A DNA stretch of 64,000 nt from Burkholderiales bacterium (GTDB taxonomy: Bacteria; Pseudomonadota; Gammaproteobacteria; Burkholderiales; Casimicrobiaceae). Location: contig JAXMFM010000004.1 of the NCBI GenBank assembly GCA_046347755.1, positions 368,028-432,027 on the forward strand. The letters run 5' to 3'. Below are positions 33,642 to 46,255 of this stretch, piece after piece; the first letter of the stretch is position 1, and every line of letters begins with the position of its first letter. The notes under the pieces are model-generated. The model was given only the letters and a program-made list of their open reading frames with translations, had not been told where the DNA came from and did no database searches. The translations under genes and the position numbers were made by a program.

Positions 33642-34511
33642 TCAGCCGGTCGGCGCCGGCTGCCGCGCGAGCAGCGCCAGGAGCCGCGCGAGCTCGTCGC
33701 GCAGCTGCCGGCGATCGACGATCATGTCGAGCGCGCCCTTTTCGATCAGGAACTCGGCGCGCTGGAATCCCTCGGGCAGCTTCTCGCGAACCGTCTGCTC
33801 GATCACGCGCGGACCCGCGAACCCGATGAGCGCGCCCGGCTCGGCCAGCACGAGGTCCGCGACGAACGCGAACGATGCCGACACGCCGCCCATCGTCGGA
33901 TCCGTCAGGATCGACACGAACGGCAGCCGCGCCTTGTTCAGTTCCTGCAGCACCGCCGTCGTCTTGGCCATCTGGAACAGCGAGAGGACGCCTTCCTGCA
34001 TGCGCGCGCCGCCCGACGACGACACGCAGACGAACGGCACGCGGTTCTCGTAGGCGACGCGCACGCCGCGCGCGAAGCGCTCGCCGACCACCGAACCCAT
34101 CGAGCCGCCCATGAACCCGAACTCGAACACGGCGAGCACCAGCGGGACGCTCTTCACGCTGCCCTGCATCACGACGAGCGCGTCGGTCTCGCCGGTCTCC
34201 TCCAGCGCCGCCGACAGCCGGTCCGGATATTTCTTCTGGTCCTTGAACTTCAGCGTGTCGACCGGGACGACTTCGGAGCCGATCTCGAACCGGCCTTCCG
34301 GATCGAGCAGCTGCTCGACGCGGTCGCGCGCGGCGACGCGCGAATGGTGTCCGCACTTGGGACAGACGTGCAGGTTGTTCTCGAGGTCGGTGCGGTAGAG
34401 GACCGCCTCGCAGGCCGGACACTTGACCCACAGGCCTTCGGGCACGGGCGTGCGCCGGTCGCCCGGCGTGCGCTTGATCCTCGGCGGAAGCAGCTTCTGC
34501 AGCCAGGTCAT
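33642..34511 (-). CDS. accD: Acetyl-CoA carboxylase carboxyltransferase beta subunit
   Basis: PEGLWVKC..C zinc finger, [13 protein letters not shown]. Confidence 0.96.
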   Translation of the reverse strand: MTWLQKLLPPRIKRTPGDRRTPVPEGLWVKCPACEAVLYRTDLENNLHVCPKCGHHSRVAARDRVEQLLDPEGRFEIGSEVVPVDTLKFKDQKKYPDRLSAALEETGETDALVVMQGSVKSVPLVLAVFEFGFMGGSMGSVVGERFARGVRVAYENRVPFVCVSSSGGARMQEGVLSLFQMAKTTAVLQELNKARLPFVSILTDPTMGGVSASFAFVADLVLAEPGALIGFAGPRVIEQTVREKLPEGFQRAEFLIEKGALDMIVDRRQLRDELARLLALLARQPAPTG

Positions 34512-34527
34512 CGGCGATTCCCCCGCA

Positions 34528-35367
34528 TCACGCCGGCGCGGCGAGCGCCGGCTTGCGCTCCATCGCGTCGAGCGCCTGCCGGATGGTACCAAGCCACGCG
34601 CCGGCGCGGGAAGCGGCCTCGGCCGGCGGGCCGTCTTCGATTTCCTGGATGATCCGGCTGCCGATGACGACCGCGTCGGCGTGCGCGGCGATCGCCCGCG
34701 CGCTCGCCGCGTCGCGGATGCCGAAGCCGACGCCGACCGGCAGGCTGACGTGCCGCCGGATTTCCTCGAGCTTGCGCACGACGTCGGACGTGTCCAGGTG
34801 CCCGGCGCCGGTCACGCCCTTCAGCGACACGTAGTAGACGTAGCCGCGCGCGAGGCGCGCGACCGCCTCGATGCGCGCCTCCGGCGTCGTCGGCGCGAGC
34901 AGGAAGATCGGCGCGATGTCGTGCGCGTTCATCAGCGCGGCGAACTCGGCGGCCTCCTCGGGCGGATAGTCGACGACCAGCACGCCGTCCAGGCCCGCGG
35001 CGCGCGCGCGTTCGGCAAACTGCGCGGTGCCCATCGACTCGATCGGATTCGCGTAGCCCATCAGCACGACCGGCGTCGTCGCGTTCGTGCGCCGGAAGCC
35101 GGCGACGACCGCCAGCACGTCGGACAGCGTCACGTGTTGCGCGAGCGCCCGTTCCGACGCGCGCTGGATCACCGGCCCGTCGGCCATCGGATCGGAGAAC
35201 GGCACGCCGAGTTCGATCACGTCGGCCCCCGCGCGCACCAGCGCGTCCATGATCGGCACCGTCGCCGCGAGCGACGGATCGCCGGTGGTGACGTACGGGA
35301 TCAGCGCGGTGCGCCCGGCGGCGCGCAGGCGCGCGAACGTGGCGTCGATGCGGTTCAAGTTCGGCAA
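34528..35367 (-). CDS. trpA: Tryptophan synthase alpha chain
   Basis: [26 protein letters not shown]. Confidence 0.96.
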   Translation of the reverse strand: MPNLNRIDATFARLRAAGRTALIPYVTTGDPSLAATVPIMDALVRAGADVIELGVPFSDPMADGPVIQRASERALAQHVTLSDVLAVVAGFRRTNATTPVVLMGYANPIESMGTAQFAERARAAGLDGVLVVDYPPEEAAEFAALMNAHDIAPIFLLAPTTPEARIEAVARLARGYVYYVSLKGVTGAGHLDTSDVVRKLEEIRRHVSLPVGVGFGIRDAASARAIAAHADAVVIGSRIIQEIEDGPPAEAASRAGAWLGTIRQALDAMERKPALAAPA

Positions 35368-35380
35368 GCGGGCGTGCCGG

Positions 35381-36581
<1,201 letters not shown>

Positions 36582-36595
<14 letters not shown>

Positions 36596-37250
36596 TGCGA
36601 ACTCCTTCGATGAACGCCGCGATGCGCGCCGCGTCCTTGATTCCACGGCGCGTCTTGCCGTCGGGTCCGATTTCCTCGACGCCGCTCGACACGTCGACCG
36701 CCCACGGCCGCACCGCGCGGATCGCGTCGCCGACGTTGCCCGCGGACAGGCCGCCGGACAGGATGACCGGCGCCGGAAGCTTCGCCTGCACCGACGGCGC
36801 CAATCGCGACCAGTCGAACGCGCGGCCCGTGCCGCCGGGCAGGTCGCCCGGCCAGAACGAGTCGAACAGCAGTCCCGCGGCGTCGTCGTAGATTGCCGCG
36901 TATTCTAGCAAATCGACCCCGTCCTTCATGTGGACCGCCTTGAGGTAGGGGCGCGCGAACGCACGGCACAGGTCCGGGGTTTCCGCGCCGTGGAATTGCA
37001 GCGTGTCGAGCGGCACCGCGGCCAGGATCGCGCGCACGTCGGACGGCTGCGGATCGACGAACAGCCCGACGCGGGTGACGAACGGGGGCAGCGCGTCGGC
37101 GATCTCGCGCGCGCGGCCCACTTCGACGAAGCGCGGCGTGCCGCTCCAGAACACGAGGCCGATCGCGTCGGCGCCCGCATCCGCCGCCGCCAAGCCGTCG
37201 GCGACGCGCGTGATGCCGCAGATCTTGACGCGCGTGCGCCGCAGATTCAT
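36582..37250 (-). CDS. trpF: Phosphoribosylanthranilate isomerase
   Basis: [23 protein letters not shown]. Confidence 0.95.
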
Positions 37251-38035
37251 CGCGGCACCGCCACGCGGCGCACCGTCGCGGGCAGTCCGAACCGCGCGTC
37301 GTAGTCGGCGCCGGCGAAGTACAGGCCGTCGGCGGCGAACGTCGGCGCGGCGCGCGTGCGGTCGCCCGCTTCGACGAGCTCGCCGATCCATGCCGGCGGC
37401 TTCCGTCCCGCGCCGACGTAGACGAGCGCGCCGACGATGTTGCGCACCATGTGGTGCAGGAACGCGTTGGCGGAGAAGTCGAACTGCACGAACGGATCGT
37501 CCTCGCGGATGGCGACGTGCGACAGCGTCTTGACCGGCGACTTCGCCTGGCACTCCGCCGCGCGGAACGCCGAGAAATCGTGCGTGCCGGCAAGGTGCGC
37601 GGCGCCGGCGCGCATCGCCGCAACGTCGAGCCGCTGATGGTACCAGCCGACGCGGCCGGCAAGGAGAGCGGGCCGTTCCGGCCGGCTCTGCAGCACGTAC
37701 GTGTAGTGGCGCGCAGACGCGGCGAACCGCGCGTGGAAGTCGTCGGGGACCGGATGCGCCCACAGCACGCCGACCTGCGCAGGCAGGTGCGTGTTCACAC
37801 CGCGCACCCACGCGGTCGCCGGGCGCACCGCCTCGGTGTCGAAATGCACGATCTGCGACGCCGCGTGGACGCCCGCGTCGGTGCGTCCCGCGGCCGCCAC
37901 GCCGAGCGGATGCCCGGCGATCTCGCCGATCGCGGCCTCCAGCGCGTCCTGCACGCCGCAATGCGACGGCTGCGACTGGAAGCCGCAGAACGCGGTTCCC
38001 GCGTATTCGACGGCGAGCGCGATGCGCATGGTCAC
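37247..38035 (-). CDS. truA: tRNA pseudouridine(38-40) synthase
   Basis: AGRTDAGVHA, HDFSAFR, FLHHMVRN. Confidence 0.95.
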   Translation of the reverse strand: MTMRIALAVEYAGTAFCGFQSQPSHCGVQDALEAAIGEIAGHPLGVAAAGRTDAGVHAASQIVHFDTEAVRPATAWVRGVNTHLPAQVGVLWAHPVPDDFHARFAASARHYTYVLQSRPERPALLAGRVGWYHQRLDVAAMRAGAAHLAGTHDFSAFRAAECQAKSPVKTLSHVAIREDDPFVQFDFSANAFLHHMVRNIVGALVYVGAGRKPPAWIGELVEAGDRTRAAPTFAADGLYFAGADYDARFGLPATVRRVAVPR

Positions 38036-38044
38036 GAAAACGAA

Positions 38045-38109
38045 GAAGAAAAAGGGTCAGACCCCATTTCCGCCAACGACGCGGAAATGGGGTCTGACCC
38101 TTTTTCTTC
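38045..38109. repeat. GGGGTCWGACCCC REP-like hairpin, copy 3 (possible terminator after fimV)
   Basis: Perfect 29-bp arms at 38045-38073 and 38081-38109 with a 7-nt loop. Confidence 0.85.
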
Positions 38110-38112
38110 CGA

Positions 38113-40785
38113 TCAGCCCAGCTTGCTCAGCAGCGACTTGGCCTCGGCCTTCTGCTGGTCGTCGCCTTCGTGCAGCACTTCCTGCAGGATTTCGCGCGCG
38201 CCTTCGACGTCGCCCATCTCCTGATACGCCTTCGCGAGGTCGAGCTTGGTCGCCGCGTCGTGCCACTGGCCGTCGAGCACCGACGGCGTCGGGTCCTCGA
38301 ACGTCGTGCGCTCGGGGTCGAACGACAGGTCGAGCTTGTCGAGTTCCAGCGCGGCGGCCGGCCGCGTGAGTTGCGACGGGGCGGCGCCCGCCGTCGCTGT
38401 TTCCAGCGCGGGTTCGCCGCGCGGCTTGCCCATCGGCGCCGGCTTGTCGTGGTCGTCGAGCTTGAAGTCGAGGTCGAATTTCGCGGCCTCGGTCACGTTC
38501 TCCTTCGCCGCCGCGACCTTCTCGCCGAGGCCGGACGCCGCCGTGCCCAGCGCCGACTTGCCCGCGGCGACCGCGCCGGCAATGGCGGCGCCGGCTGGCG
38601 GCAACGCCATCGTGCGGTCCGGATCGAAATCGGCGGCCGTCAGCTTGGCGGTCTTCTCGAGTTCGGACTCCGCGCCCGCCAGGATGTCCTGCGGCGTCTT
38701 GGCCGCAGCGCCCGACGTCGGCGAGATCGAGATTTCCTCGTCCATCTGGAAATCGAGGCTGCGGTCGCCGCCGATGTCGCCCGGCACCGCCGCATCGAGT
38801 TTCGCGGCCTCCGGCGTCGCCGCCGGCACCACCGGACGTCCCGCAGGCGCACCGCCTTCGGCAAACAGCGGATTGTTCGGATCGAGCTGGCGGCCGAGCC
38901 CGACCGCCTTCTGCCACACGTCGCCCTGGCCGTTCGTTACCGCGTACAGCTCGGAGGCGACGGTCTCGAACGCCGACGGCTTGTTGTGCTGCGCGTGGAT
39001 CTCGAGGAGCTTCAGGTAGATCTCCTGCCGCTGCGGATCCTTCTTCAGCGCATCCTTCAGGATTTCCTCGGCCTGCGCGTCGCGGCCGTAGGCGAGATAG
39101 ACCTCCGCTTCGGCGATCGGATCGACTTCGTCCGTGTCGATGTTGCCGAGGCCTTCGCGGCTGAAGTCGCTGGCGAGCGAGTTGTCGCCGGTGTTGACGA
39201 CGCCGCCGCCGGTCGAGCCGAACACCGTGTTGGTCTTGATGTCGGTGCCCGAGATGATGCTGTCCTCGAACTTCGTCGTCTTGCGGCGGCGCGCGGCGAG
39301 CAGCGCGGCCAGGCCGCCCAGCAGCGCGAGCGCGCCGGCCCCGATCGCCCATCCCGGCGTGTTGGAGAACAGTTCCTCGAAGAAGCCCGGCGGTTCCTTG
39401 GGCGGCGCCTTGACGACGGCCTTCGGCGGCGGCGTGGTGGCTTTCGGCGGCTCGGCGACCGGAGGCGGAGGCGGAGGCTCGGCGGCCTTCGGCGGCTCGA
39501 CAGCCTTGGGCGGTTCGGCGGCCTTGGGCGGCTCCACTTTCGGCGGCTCGACGGCTTTCGGCGGCTCCGCTTTCGGCGGCTCGGCGGCCTTGGGAGGCTC
39601 GGCCTTCGGAGGCTCGGCCGCCTTCGGCGCCGGCGTGATCGCCATCGGCGCCGGCGGCGGCGCGGTCGTCGCAGCGGGCGGCGCCTTGCCCTTGCCCGCG
39701 TCCGTCTGGAGCTGCGCCATCGTCTGGTTGCGCAACTCGACCGCGCGTTGCAGGTCCTTCAGCGTCTTCTCGAGATCGGCGATGCGGCTTTGCGCTTCGC
39801 GCAGCTGGGCGGCCTGCGCGGCGTTGGTCTCGGCGGCGCCTGCGCCCTTGGCCGTCCCCGCGTCCTTGGACACGCGCAGCTGGTCGCTGCCCGGACGCGC
39901 GGCAGGCGTGCGCTCGGTCACTGCGGTGCCGATGCGGCCGCCGGCGGCGCGGCTGCCGCCGTCTTCGACGGTCGGCGCGGCGCCGGCCACGCGATCGCGG
40001 TACGCGCGCCAGTCGGACGCCTGCACCTGCACGGTCTTCGTCGCTTCCGACGCGGAAGCCGCCGATGCTTCGACGGCGTTGGGAATCGTGATGATCGCGC
40101 CCGAGCGCAACCGATTCATGTTCGCGCCGTCGAACGCGTTCGCGTTGCTCTTGAACAGCGCGACGAGCATCTGGTCGAGCGTGACCGTTTCGGGCTTGTA
40201 TTCCTTCGCGATCTTCGACAGCGTGTCGCCACGCTTGACTTCGTAGGTGTCGCCCCCGCTACGCGGAGCGCCCGTCGGCGCGGCGGCGGCCGGCGCGGCC
40301 GCCGTCGGCGCAGCGGCAGAACGCGCGGCCGGCGCGGCGCCCGCGCGCAGCGGCGCGACCGGCTCGACCGGTGCGGCGACCGACGCGCCAGGAGGATCGA
40401 GCAGGAACGTGTAGTCGCGCACGACGCGACCCGACGCCCAGTTCACTTCCACCAGCAGATCGAGGTAGGGCTCGGTGACGGGCGCCGTCGACGTGACCTT
40501 CAGGTACGCGGTGTCGCCCGGCCCGCGCTCGAGCGAGATGCGCGAGCGCGACAGCACGCCCTGGTACTGTAGGTTGTTCTGGCGGTACAGCGCCGCATCG
40601 GCCACCTTGGCGGACAGCGTGTCCAGTTCTTCCTTGGTCGTCGCCAGGAGTTCGATGCGCGCGACCAGCGGTTGCCCGACATAGGACTCGACGGAGAGCT
40701 TGCCGAGGCCGAGCGCGTGAGCGGACAACGGCAGCGCGAGGGCGCCGGCGACAAGGCCGTATTCGAGGATAGGTTTGACGCGCAT
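38113..40785 (-). CDS. fimV: FimV/HubP polar landmark protein
   Basis: ALGLG N-terminus, LysM (GDTLSKIA), TM helix, DPIAEAEVYLAYGR, KLDLAKAY..MGD C-terminus. Confidence 0.93.
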   Translation of the reverse strand: MRVKPILEYGLVAGALALPLSAHALGLGKLSVESYVGQPLVARIELLATTKEELDTLSAKVADAALYRQNNLQYQGVLSRSRISLERGPGDTAYLKVTSTAPVTEPYLDLLVEVNWASGRVVRDYTFLLDPPGASVAAPVEPVAPLRAGAAPAARSAAAPTAAAPAAAAPTGAPRSGGDTYEVKRGDTLSKIAKEYKPETVTLDQMLVALFKSNANAFDGANMNRLRSGAIITIPNAVEASAASASEATKTVQVQASDWRAYRDRVAGAAPTVEDGGSRAAGGRIGTAVTERTPAARPGSDQLRVSKDAGTAKGAGAAETNAAQAAQLREAQSRIADLEKTLKDLQRAVELRNQTMAQLQTDAGKGKAPPAATTAPPPAPMAITPAPKAAEPPKAEPPKAAEPPKAEPPKAVEPPKVEPPKAAEPPKAVEPPKAAEPPPPPPVAEPPKATTPPPKAVVKAPPKEPPGFFEELFSNTPGWAIGAGALALLGGLAALLAARRRKTTKFEDSIISGTDIKTNTVFGSTGGGVVNTGDNSLASDFSREGLGNIDTDEVDPIAEAEVYLAYGRDAQAEEILKDALKKDPQRQEIYLKLLEIHAQHNKPSAFETVASELYAVTNGQGDVWQKAVGLGRQLDPNNPLFAEGGAPAGRPVVPAATPEAAKLDAAVPGDIGGDRSLDFQMDEEISISPTSGAAAKTPQDILAGAESELEKTAKLTAADFDPDRTMALPPAGAAIAGAVAAGKSALGTAASGLGEKVAAAKENVTEAAKFDLDFKLDDHDKPAPMGKPRGEPALETATAGAAPSQLTRPAAALELDKLDLSFDPERTTFEDPTPSVLDGQWHDAATKLDLAKAYQEMGDVEGAREILQEVLHEGDDQQKAEAKSLLSKLG

Positions 40786-41163
40786 ACCGCCCCCTTCGCA
40801 AATTCTGTTTCGCTCAAGCTAACATAACATCATGGGTTTAGCGGTGCAAGCTAAACCTCGGTATTAGCTCGGGTTTTTGCGCTTGCCCCACCGCCAGGTG
40901 AAGCAACTTCATGCCGCCGTGCTATCCGGCGGCGCTAGCGCTAGCGTACTCGCCGCCGTCGCCTACAACATCTTGTGGGCGCAGCGAACGGGCGCGCTGT
41001 TGCGTTCGTGTCCACCGCACGCATCCGCCCCTCGAAGCGGGCGAACCGCCCACCGCGGCAAACGTGCGGAAAGCCCGCAAGCCGCGGCGTCGCGCAGCAT
41101 CGGCCGTTCAAAAGCAAACGGCGCGCCAATGCCGCGCGCGCCGTCGCCGATCTGCCGCGGTGC

Positions 41164-42276
41164 CTAGCGCCCGAGCAGAATCCGCAGCATTCGCCGCAGC
41201 GGCTCGGCGGCGCCCCACAGCAGCTGGTCGCCGACCGTGAACGCGCTGACGTATTGCGGCCCCATCGCGAGCTTGCGCACGCGGCCGATCGGGATCGTCA
41301 GGCGCCCGGTCACCGCGGCCGGCGTCAATTCGCGGACGCTGTCGTCGCGGCGGTTCGGCACGAGCTTCACCCACTCATTGTGGCCGGCGATCAGCGTCTC
41401 GATCTCCGCCAGCGGCAGGTCGCGCCGAAGCTTGATCGTCAGCGCCTGGCTGTGGCAGCGCATCGCGCCGATGCGCACGCACAGCGAATCGACGGCGATC
41501 GCATTCGTTGCCTGTCGGCCGAGGATCTTGTTGGTCTCCGCGCCGCCCTTCCATTCCTCGAGGCTCATGCCGTTGCCCATGTCGCGGTCGATCCACGGGA
41601 TCAGCGAGCCCGCGAGCGGAACGCCGAAGTGCTCGGTCGGAAAGCGCTCGTCGCGCAGGATTCCGGCGACCTCGCGGTCGATGTCGAGGATCGCCGAATG
41701 CGGGTCCTCGAGCAGGTTCTTCGCCGCCAGGTGCGCCTCGCCCATCTGCTGCAGCAGCTCGCGCATGTTCTGCGCGCCCGCACCCGATGCCGCCTGGTAG
41801 GTCATGCACGTCATCCACTCGATGAGGTCGCGCTCGAACAGCCCGGCCAGCGCCATCATCATCAGGCTGACCGTGCAGTTGCCGCCGATGTAGTTGCGGA
41901 TGCCGCGGGCCAGCGCGTCGTCGATGACCTTGCGGTTCACCGGGTCGAGGATGATCACCGCGTCGTCCTGCATGCGCAGCGTCTTCGCCGCGTCGATGAA
42001 ATAGCCGTTCCAGCCGGCGGCGCGCAGCTTCGGATACATCGCCGTCGTCCAGTCGCCTCCCTGGCACGTGATGATCGTGTCCGCCTTCGCCAGCGCGGCC
42101 ACGTCGCCCGCGTCCTGCAGCGGACCCGTGTCGCGGCCGATCGACGGGCCCTTGCCGCCGGCCGCCGACGTCGAGAAGAACGTCGGCTCGACGTGGTCGA
42201 AATCACGTTCCTCGAGCATCCGCTGCATCAGCACGGAGCCCACCATTCCTCGCCAACCCACGATTGCCACTCTCAT
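41164..42276 (-). CDS. asd: Aspartate-semialdehyde dehydrogenase
   Basis: [29 protein letters not shown]. Confidence 0.97.
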   Translation of the reverse strand: MRVAIVGWRGMVGSVLMQRMLEERDFDHVEPTFFSTSAAGGKGPSIGRDTGPLQDAGDVAALAKADTIITCQGGDWTTAMYPKLRAAGWNGYFIDAAKTLRMQDDAVIILDPVNRKVIDDALARGIRNYIGGNCTVSLMMMALAGLFERDLIEWMTCMTYQAASGAGAQNMRELLQQMGEAHLAAKNLLEDPHSAILDIDREVAGILRDERFPTEHFGVPLAGSLIPWIDRDMGNGMSLEEWKGGAETNKILGRQATNAIAVDSLCVRIGAMRCHSQALTIKLRRDLPLAEIETLIAGHNEWVKLVPNRRDDSVRELTPAAVTGRLTIPIGRVRKLAMGPQYVSAFTVGDQLLWGAAEPLRRMLRILLGR

Positions 42277-42335
42277 TTGCGTCACCTTGTTCCAATGTCC
42301 GGTTTCACCACGATGTTCACGATTGCACCCGAAAT

Positions 42336-42935
42336 TCACGCCGGCGTGCGCTTTCGCGCGGTCTTCGTGGCTTTTCGCGTCACTTTCGGCCCTCTTTTCG
42401 TGCGTTGCGCGGTTGCGGCGTTCGCGGACGTCCGCAGCCGCGCCATCGTGTAGGCGTCCACGAGCACGCCGCCGCGCAGCGCGTACTGCCGCAGCGTTCC
42501 TTCCGTCTCGAAGCCGAACTTGCGGTACAGCGCGAACGCCGCCGCGTTGTCCGTGTAGACGGTCAGCTCGAGCCGCGTGTAGTCGAGCCAGTTGTCCGCG
42601 AGGTCGATGATGGCCGTGAGCAGCGCGGTGCCCACGCCGCGCCCGTGCCAGTCGTCGCGCACCGCCATGCCGATCCCCGCCGCATGCCGGCGGCGCGGCG
42701 ACGCGCCGGCCGCGTGCAGCCCGGCGTTGCCGACGACCTCGCCGTCGACGACGGCAACAAGCAGGTAATCGGTCGGCTGGCCGTCCGCCAGCCGCTTGCG
42801 CCACATCTCGACGGACGGCAGCGGCAGCTGCAGCGTGCCCGCCTGCGCCTTCGGCGACGCGAAGATCGCGCGCATCGCGTCCGCGTCGGACGGCTCGGCA
42901 CGGCGCACGGCGATCGTGGCTCGCCGGGACTTCAT
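42336..42935 (-). CDS. GNAT N-acetyltransferase (YhhY/AaaT-like) with basic C-terminal tail
   Basis: GTLQLP, RRRH, WHGRGVG, DLADNWL...[17 protein letters not shown]. Confidence 0.85.
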   Translation of the reverse strand: MKSRRATIAVRRAEPSDADAMRAIFASPKAQAGTLQLPLPSVEMWRKRLADGQPTDYLLVAVVDGEVVGNAGLHAAGASPRRRHAAGIGMAVRDDWHGRGVGTALLTAIIDLADNWLDYTRLELTVYTDNAAAFALYRKFGFETEGTLRQYALRGGVLVDAYTMARLRTSANAATAQRTKRGPKVTRKATKTARKRTPA

Positions 42936-44008
42936 CGCTCGCTCCGCAACGCCGCGATGACCGCGTCGCCCATCGCGCGCGTGCCGATGGCCGGCTCGTC
43001 CGGCCGCGCGATGTCGCCGGTGCGGTGGCCGAGCTGCAGCACGCGGCGCACGGCGCCTTCGATCCGGTCGGCCACGTCGGCGCGCGCGAACGTGTAGCGG
43101 AACATCATCGCCAGCGAAAGGATCGTCGCCAGCGGATTCGCCTTGTCCTGGCCCGCGATGTCGGGGGCCGACCCGTGGATCGGCTCGTACAGCCCCTTGC
43201 CAGCGGCATCCAGCGACGCCGACGGCAGCATGCCGATCGAGCCGGCGAGCATCGACGCCTCGTCGGACAGGATGTCGCCGAACATGTTGCCGGTGACGAT
43301 GACGTCGAACTGCTTCGGATTGCGCACGAGCTGCATCGCCGCGTTGTCGACGTACATGTGCGACAGCGCGACGTCCGGATACTGCGCGGCCAGCGCCGTC
43401 ACCGTCTCGCGCCACAGGATGCTGGTGTCGAGCACGTTGGCCTTGTCCACCGAGGTCAGCCGCTTGCCGCGCTTGCGCGCCGCCTCGAAGCCGACGCGCG
43501 CGATGCGCTCGATCTCCGGCACGCTGTAGTGCATGGTGTCGAAGCCTTCCGCCTGGCCTTGCGCGTTCGTGCGGCGCCCGCGCGGCTGGCCGAAATAGAT
43601 GTCGCCGGTCAGCTCGCGGACGATCAGGATGTCGAGTCCCGACACGATCTCCGCCTTCAGCGACGATGCCGCCGCGAGCTCCGGATACAGCATCGCCGGG
43701 CGCAGGTTGGCGAACAGGTCGAGCGCCTTGCGGATCCGCAAAAGGCCCTGCTCCGGCCGCATCGCGCGCGGCAGCGCGTCGTACTGCGGGCCTCCGACTG
43801 CACCCATCAGGATCGCGTCCGCGTCTCGCGCGAGCGCGAGCGTCGCGGCGGGCAGCGGGTCGCCCGCGGCGTCGTGGCCGGCGCCGCCCATCGGCGCGGT
43901 TTCGTAGCCGACGGGCAGGCCCTCCGCGCGCAGCACGTCGAGCACGCGCTGCGCCTGCCCGACGATCTCGGGACCGATGCCGTCACCCGGCAGAATTGCG
44001 ATCTTCAT
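42932..44008 (-). CDS. leuB: 3-isopropylmalate dehydrogenase
   Basis: [36 protein letters not shown]. Confidence 0.97.
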   Translation of the reverse strand: MKIAILPGDGIGPEIVGQAQRVLDVLRAEGLPVGYETAPMGGAGHDAAGDPLPAATLALARDADAILMGAVGGPQYDALPRAMRPEQGLLRIRKALDLFANLRPAMLYPELAAASSLKAEIVSGLDILIVRELTGDIYFGQPRGRRTNAQGQAEGFDTMHYSVPEIERIARVGFEAARKRGKRLTSVDKANVLDTSILWRETVTALAAQYPDVALSHMYVDNAAMQLVRNPKQFDVIVTGNMFGDILSDEASMLAGSIGMLPSASLDAAGKGLYEPIHGSAPDIAGQDKANPLATILSLAMMFRYTFARADVADRIEGAVRRVLQLGHRTGDIARPDEPAIGTRAMGDAVIAALRSER

Positions 44009-44023
44009 CGTTGCGCTACCCTG

Positions 44024-44058
44024 AAAAAAGAAACGGCGCCGGTTCGTCCCTGGCGCCG
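44024..44058 (-). terminator. Terminator-like hairpin between leuD and leuB
   Basis: Minus strand CGGCGCCAG-ggacgaa-CCGGCGCCG followed by TTTCTTTTTT. Confidence 0.55.
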
Positions 44059-44075
44059 CTCCTCGTGGAGAAGTC

Positions 44076-44711
44076 TCATAACCAGGGGTGGTCGGCGAGC
44101 CGTTTCGTTTCGAACGCGCGAATCGCCTCGGCGTGCTGCAGCGTGAGGCCGATGTCGTCGAAGCCGTTCAGCAGGCAGTGCTTGCGGAACGGCTCGACGT
44201 CGAACGCGAACGCCAGCGCGCCGTCGACCGTCGACACGACCTGCCGCTCGAGGTCGATCGTCAGCTTGAAGCCGGGGAACGCGAACGTGTCGGCGAACAG
44301 CCGGTCGACCTGCGACTCCGGCAGCACGATCGGCAGCAGGCCGTTCTTGTAGCAGTTGTTGTTGAAGATGTCCGCGTACGACGGCGCGATCAGCGCGCGG
44401 AAGCCGAAGTCGTGCAGCGCCCACGGCGCGTGCTCGCGCGAGCTGCCGCAGCCGAAGTTGCGCCGCGCGAGCAGGATCGACGCGCCTTGGTAGCGAGCGT
44501 CGTTCAGCACGAACTGCGGGTTGCGCGGACGCTTCGCGTTGTCCATCCCCGGCTCGCCGTGATCGAGGTAGCGCCACTCGTCGAAGAGGTTGGGACCGAA
44601 GCCGGACCGCTTGATCGACTTCAGGAACTGCTTGGGGATGATCGCGTCGGTGTCGACGTTCGCCCGGTCGAGCGGGGCGACGATGCCGGTGTGGACGCGG
44701 AACGGATGCAT
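44076..44711 (-). CDS. leuD: 3-isopropylmalate dehydratase small subunit
   Basis: [24 protein letters not shown]. Confidence 0.97.
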   Translation of the reverse strand: MHPFRVHTGIVAPLDRANVDTDAIIPKQFLKSIKRSGFGPNLFDEWRYLDHGEPGMDNAKRPRNPQFVLNDARYQGASILLARRNFGCGSSREHAPWALHDFGFRALIAPSYADIFNNNCYKNGLLPIVLPESQVDRLFADTFAFPGFKLTIDLERQVVSTVDGALAFAFDVEPFRKHCLLNGFDDIGLTLQHAEAIRAFETKRLADHPWL

Positions 44712-44723
44712 GGCCAGGCCCCG

Positions 44724-46139
44724 TCAGCTCAACCGTCGCACGTCGACGAAGTGGCCCGCGACCGCCGCGGCGGCCGCCATCGCGGGACTGACGAGGTGCG
44801 TGCGGCCGCCGGCGCCCTGGCGGCCTTCGAAGTTGCGGTTGGACGTCGACGCGCAGCGCTCGCCGGGCTCGAGCCGGTCGTCGTTCATCGCGAGGCACAT
44901 CGAGCAGCCCGGCTCGCGCCACTCGAATCCGGCGTCGCGGAAGATGCGGTCGAGACCTTCGGCCTCGGCCTGCGCCTTCACGAGCCCGGACCCGGGCACC
45001 ACCATCGCGAGCTTGACCGTGCCGGCGACGCGCCGGCCGCGCGCCACCGCCGCGGCCTGCCGCAGGTCCTCGATTCGCGAGTTGGTGCACGAGCCGATGA
45101 ACACCTTGTCGACGCGGATGTGCGTCATCGGCGTGTTCGGCTGCAGGCCCATGTAGGCCAGCGCGCGCTCGATGCCGTCGCGCCGCGTCGCGTCGCGCTC
45201 GCGGTCGGGGTCCGGCACGCGATCCTCGATCGACACCACCATCTCAGGCGACGTGCCCCACGTGACCTGCGGCCGCACCTCGGCCGCGTTGAACGCGTGC
45301 GTCGTGTCGAATGCGGCGCCCTCGTCGCTGACCAGCGTGCGCCAGTGCGCGACCGCGCGGTCCCACATCTCGCCCGAAGGCGCGAACGGCCGTCCCTTCA
45401 GGTAGTCGAACGTGCGCGCGTCGGCGCCGACCATGCCGGCGCGCGCACCGGCCTCGATCGCCATGTTGCACAGGGTCATCCGGCCTTCCATCGTCAGCGC
45501 GCGCACGGCCTCGCCGCCGAATTCGATCGCGTGGCCGGTGCCGCCGGCCGTGCCGATGCGCCCGATGACGGTCAGCGCGAGATCCTTGGCGGTGACGCCC
45601 GCCGGCAGCCGGCCGTCGACGCGGACCAGCATCGACTTCGCCTTCTTCATGAGCAGGCACTGCGTGGCCAGCACGTGCTCGACCTCCGACGTGCCGATGC
45701 CGAACGCGAGCGCCGCGAACGCGCCGTGCGTGCTCGTGTGCGAATCGCCGCAGACGACCGTCATGCCCGGCAGCGTCGCGCCCTGCTCGGGCCCGATCAC
45801 GTGCACGATGCCCTGCCGGCGGTCGAGGAACGGAAAGTACGCCTTCGCGCCGTGCTCGCGTATGTTGTCGTCCAGCGTCTGGATCTGCGTGCGCGAGATC
45901 GCGTCGGCGATGCCGTCGATGCCGCGGTGCCAGTCCTTGGTCGGCGTGTTGTGGTCGGCCGTGGCCACGATCGACTGCACGCGCCACGGCTTGCGCCCGG
46001 CCAGCTTCAGCCCTTCGAACGCCTGCGGACTCGTCACCTCGTGCACCAGGTGACGGTCGATGTAGAGCAGCGCGGTGCCGTCCCGCTCCTCGCGGATGAC
46101 GTGGCTGTCCCACAGCTTGTCGTAGAGCGTTCGCGCCAT
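44724..46139 (-). CDS. leuC: 3-isopropylmalate dehydratase large subunit
   Basis: [35 protein letters not shown]. Confidence 0.97.
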   Translation of the reverse strand: MARTLYDKLWDSHVIREERDGTALLYIDRHLVHEVTSPQAFEGLKLAGRKPWRVQSIVATADHNTPTKDWHRGIDGIADAISRTQIQTLDDNIREHGAKAYFPFLDRRQGIVHVIGPEQGATLPGMTVVCGDSHTSTHGAFAALAFGIGTSEVEHVLATQCLLMKKAKSMLVRVDGRLPAGVTAKDLALTVIGRIGTAGGTGHAIEFGGEAVRALTMEGRMTLCNMAIEAGARAGMVGADARTFDYLKGRPFAPSGEMWDRAVAHWRTLVSDEGAAFDTTHAFNAAEVRPQVTWGTSPEMVVSIEDRVPDPDRERDATRRDGIERALAYMGLQPNTPMTHIRVDKVFIGSCTNSRIEDLRQAAAVARGRRVAGTVKLAMVVPGSGLVKAQAEAEGLDRIFRDAGFEWREPGCSMCLAMNDDRLEPGERCASTSNRNFEGRQGAGGRTHLVSPAMAAAAAVAGHFVDVRRLS

Positions 46140-46255
46140 CGTAGGTTCCGCCCGTGGAATTCGTCGCGGGCGGGATGAAGATTATTGCACAGCAGCAGCG
46201 ACGCCGGCCGCCGCCGGTGCAACCTGCGCGGCAGGCGCCGCCGGCACCGCGGGGA

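Noticed and set aside
39420-39630. AEPPK tandem repeats in fimV
   Set aside because: Ordinary Pro-rich FimV linker.
41054-41090. GGCAAAC...GAAA...GCAAGCC hairpin resembling a c-di-GMP-I riboswitch
   Set aside because: It lacks the GACGCAAAGC junction and P3, and lies on the strand opposite fimV.
40877-41167. 96-aa + strand ORF between fimV and asd containing LAAVAYNIL, reminiscent of a transposase C-terminus
   Set aside because: TTG start without SD, no DDE residues, no terminal repeats; the match is too short.
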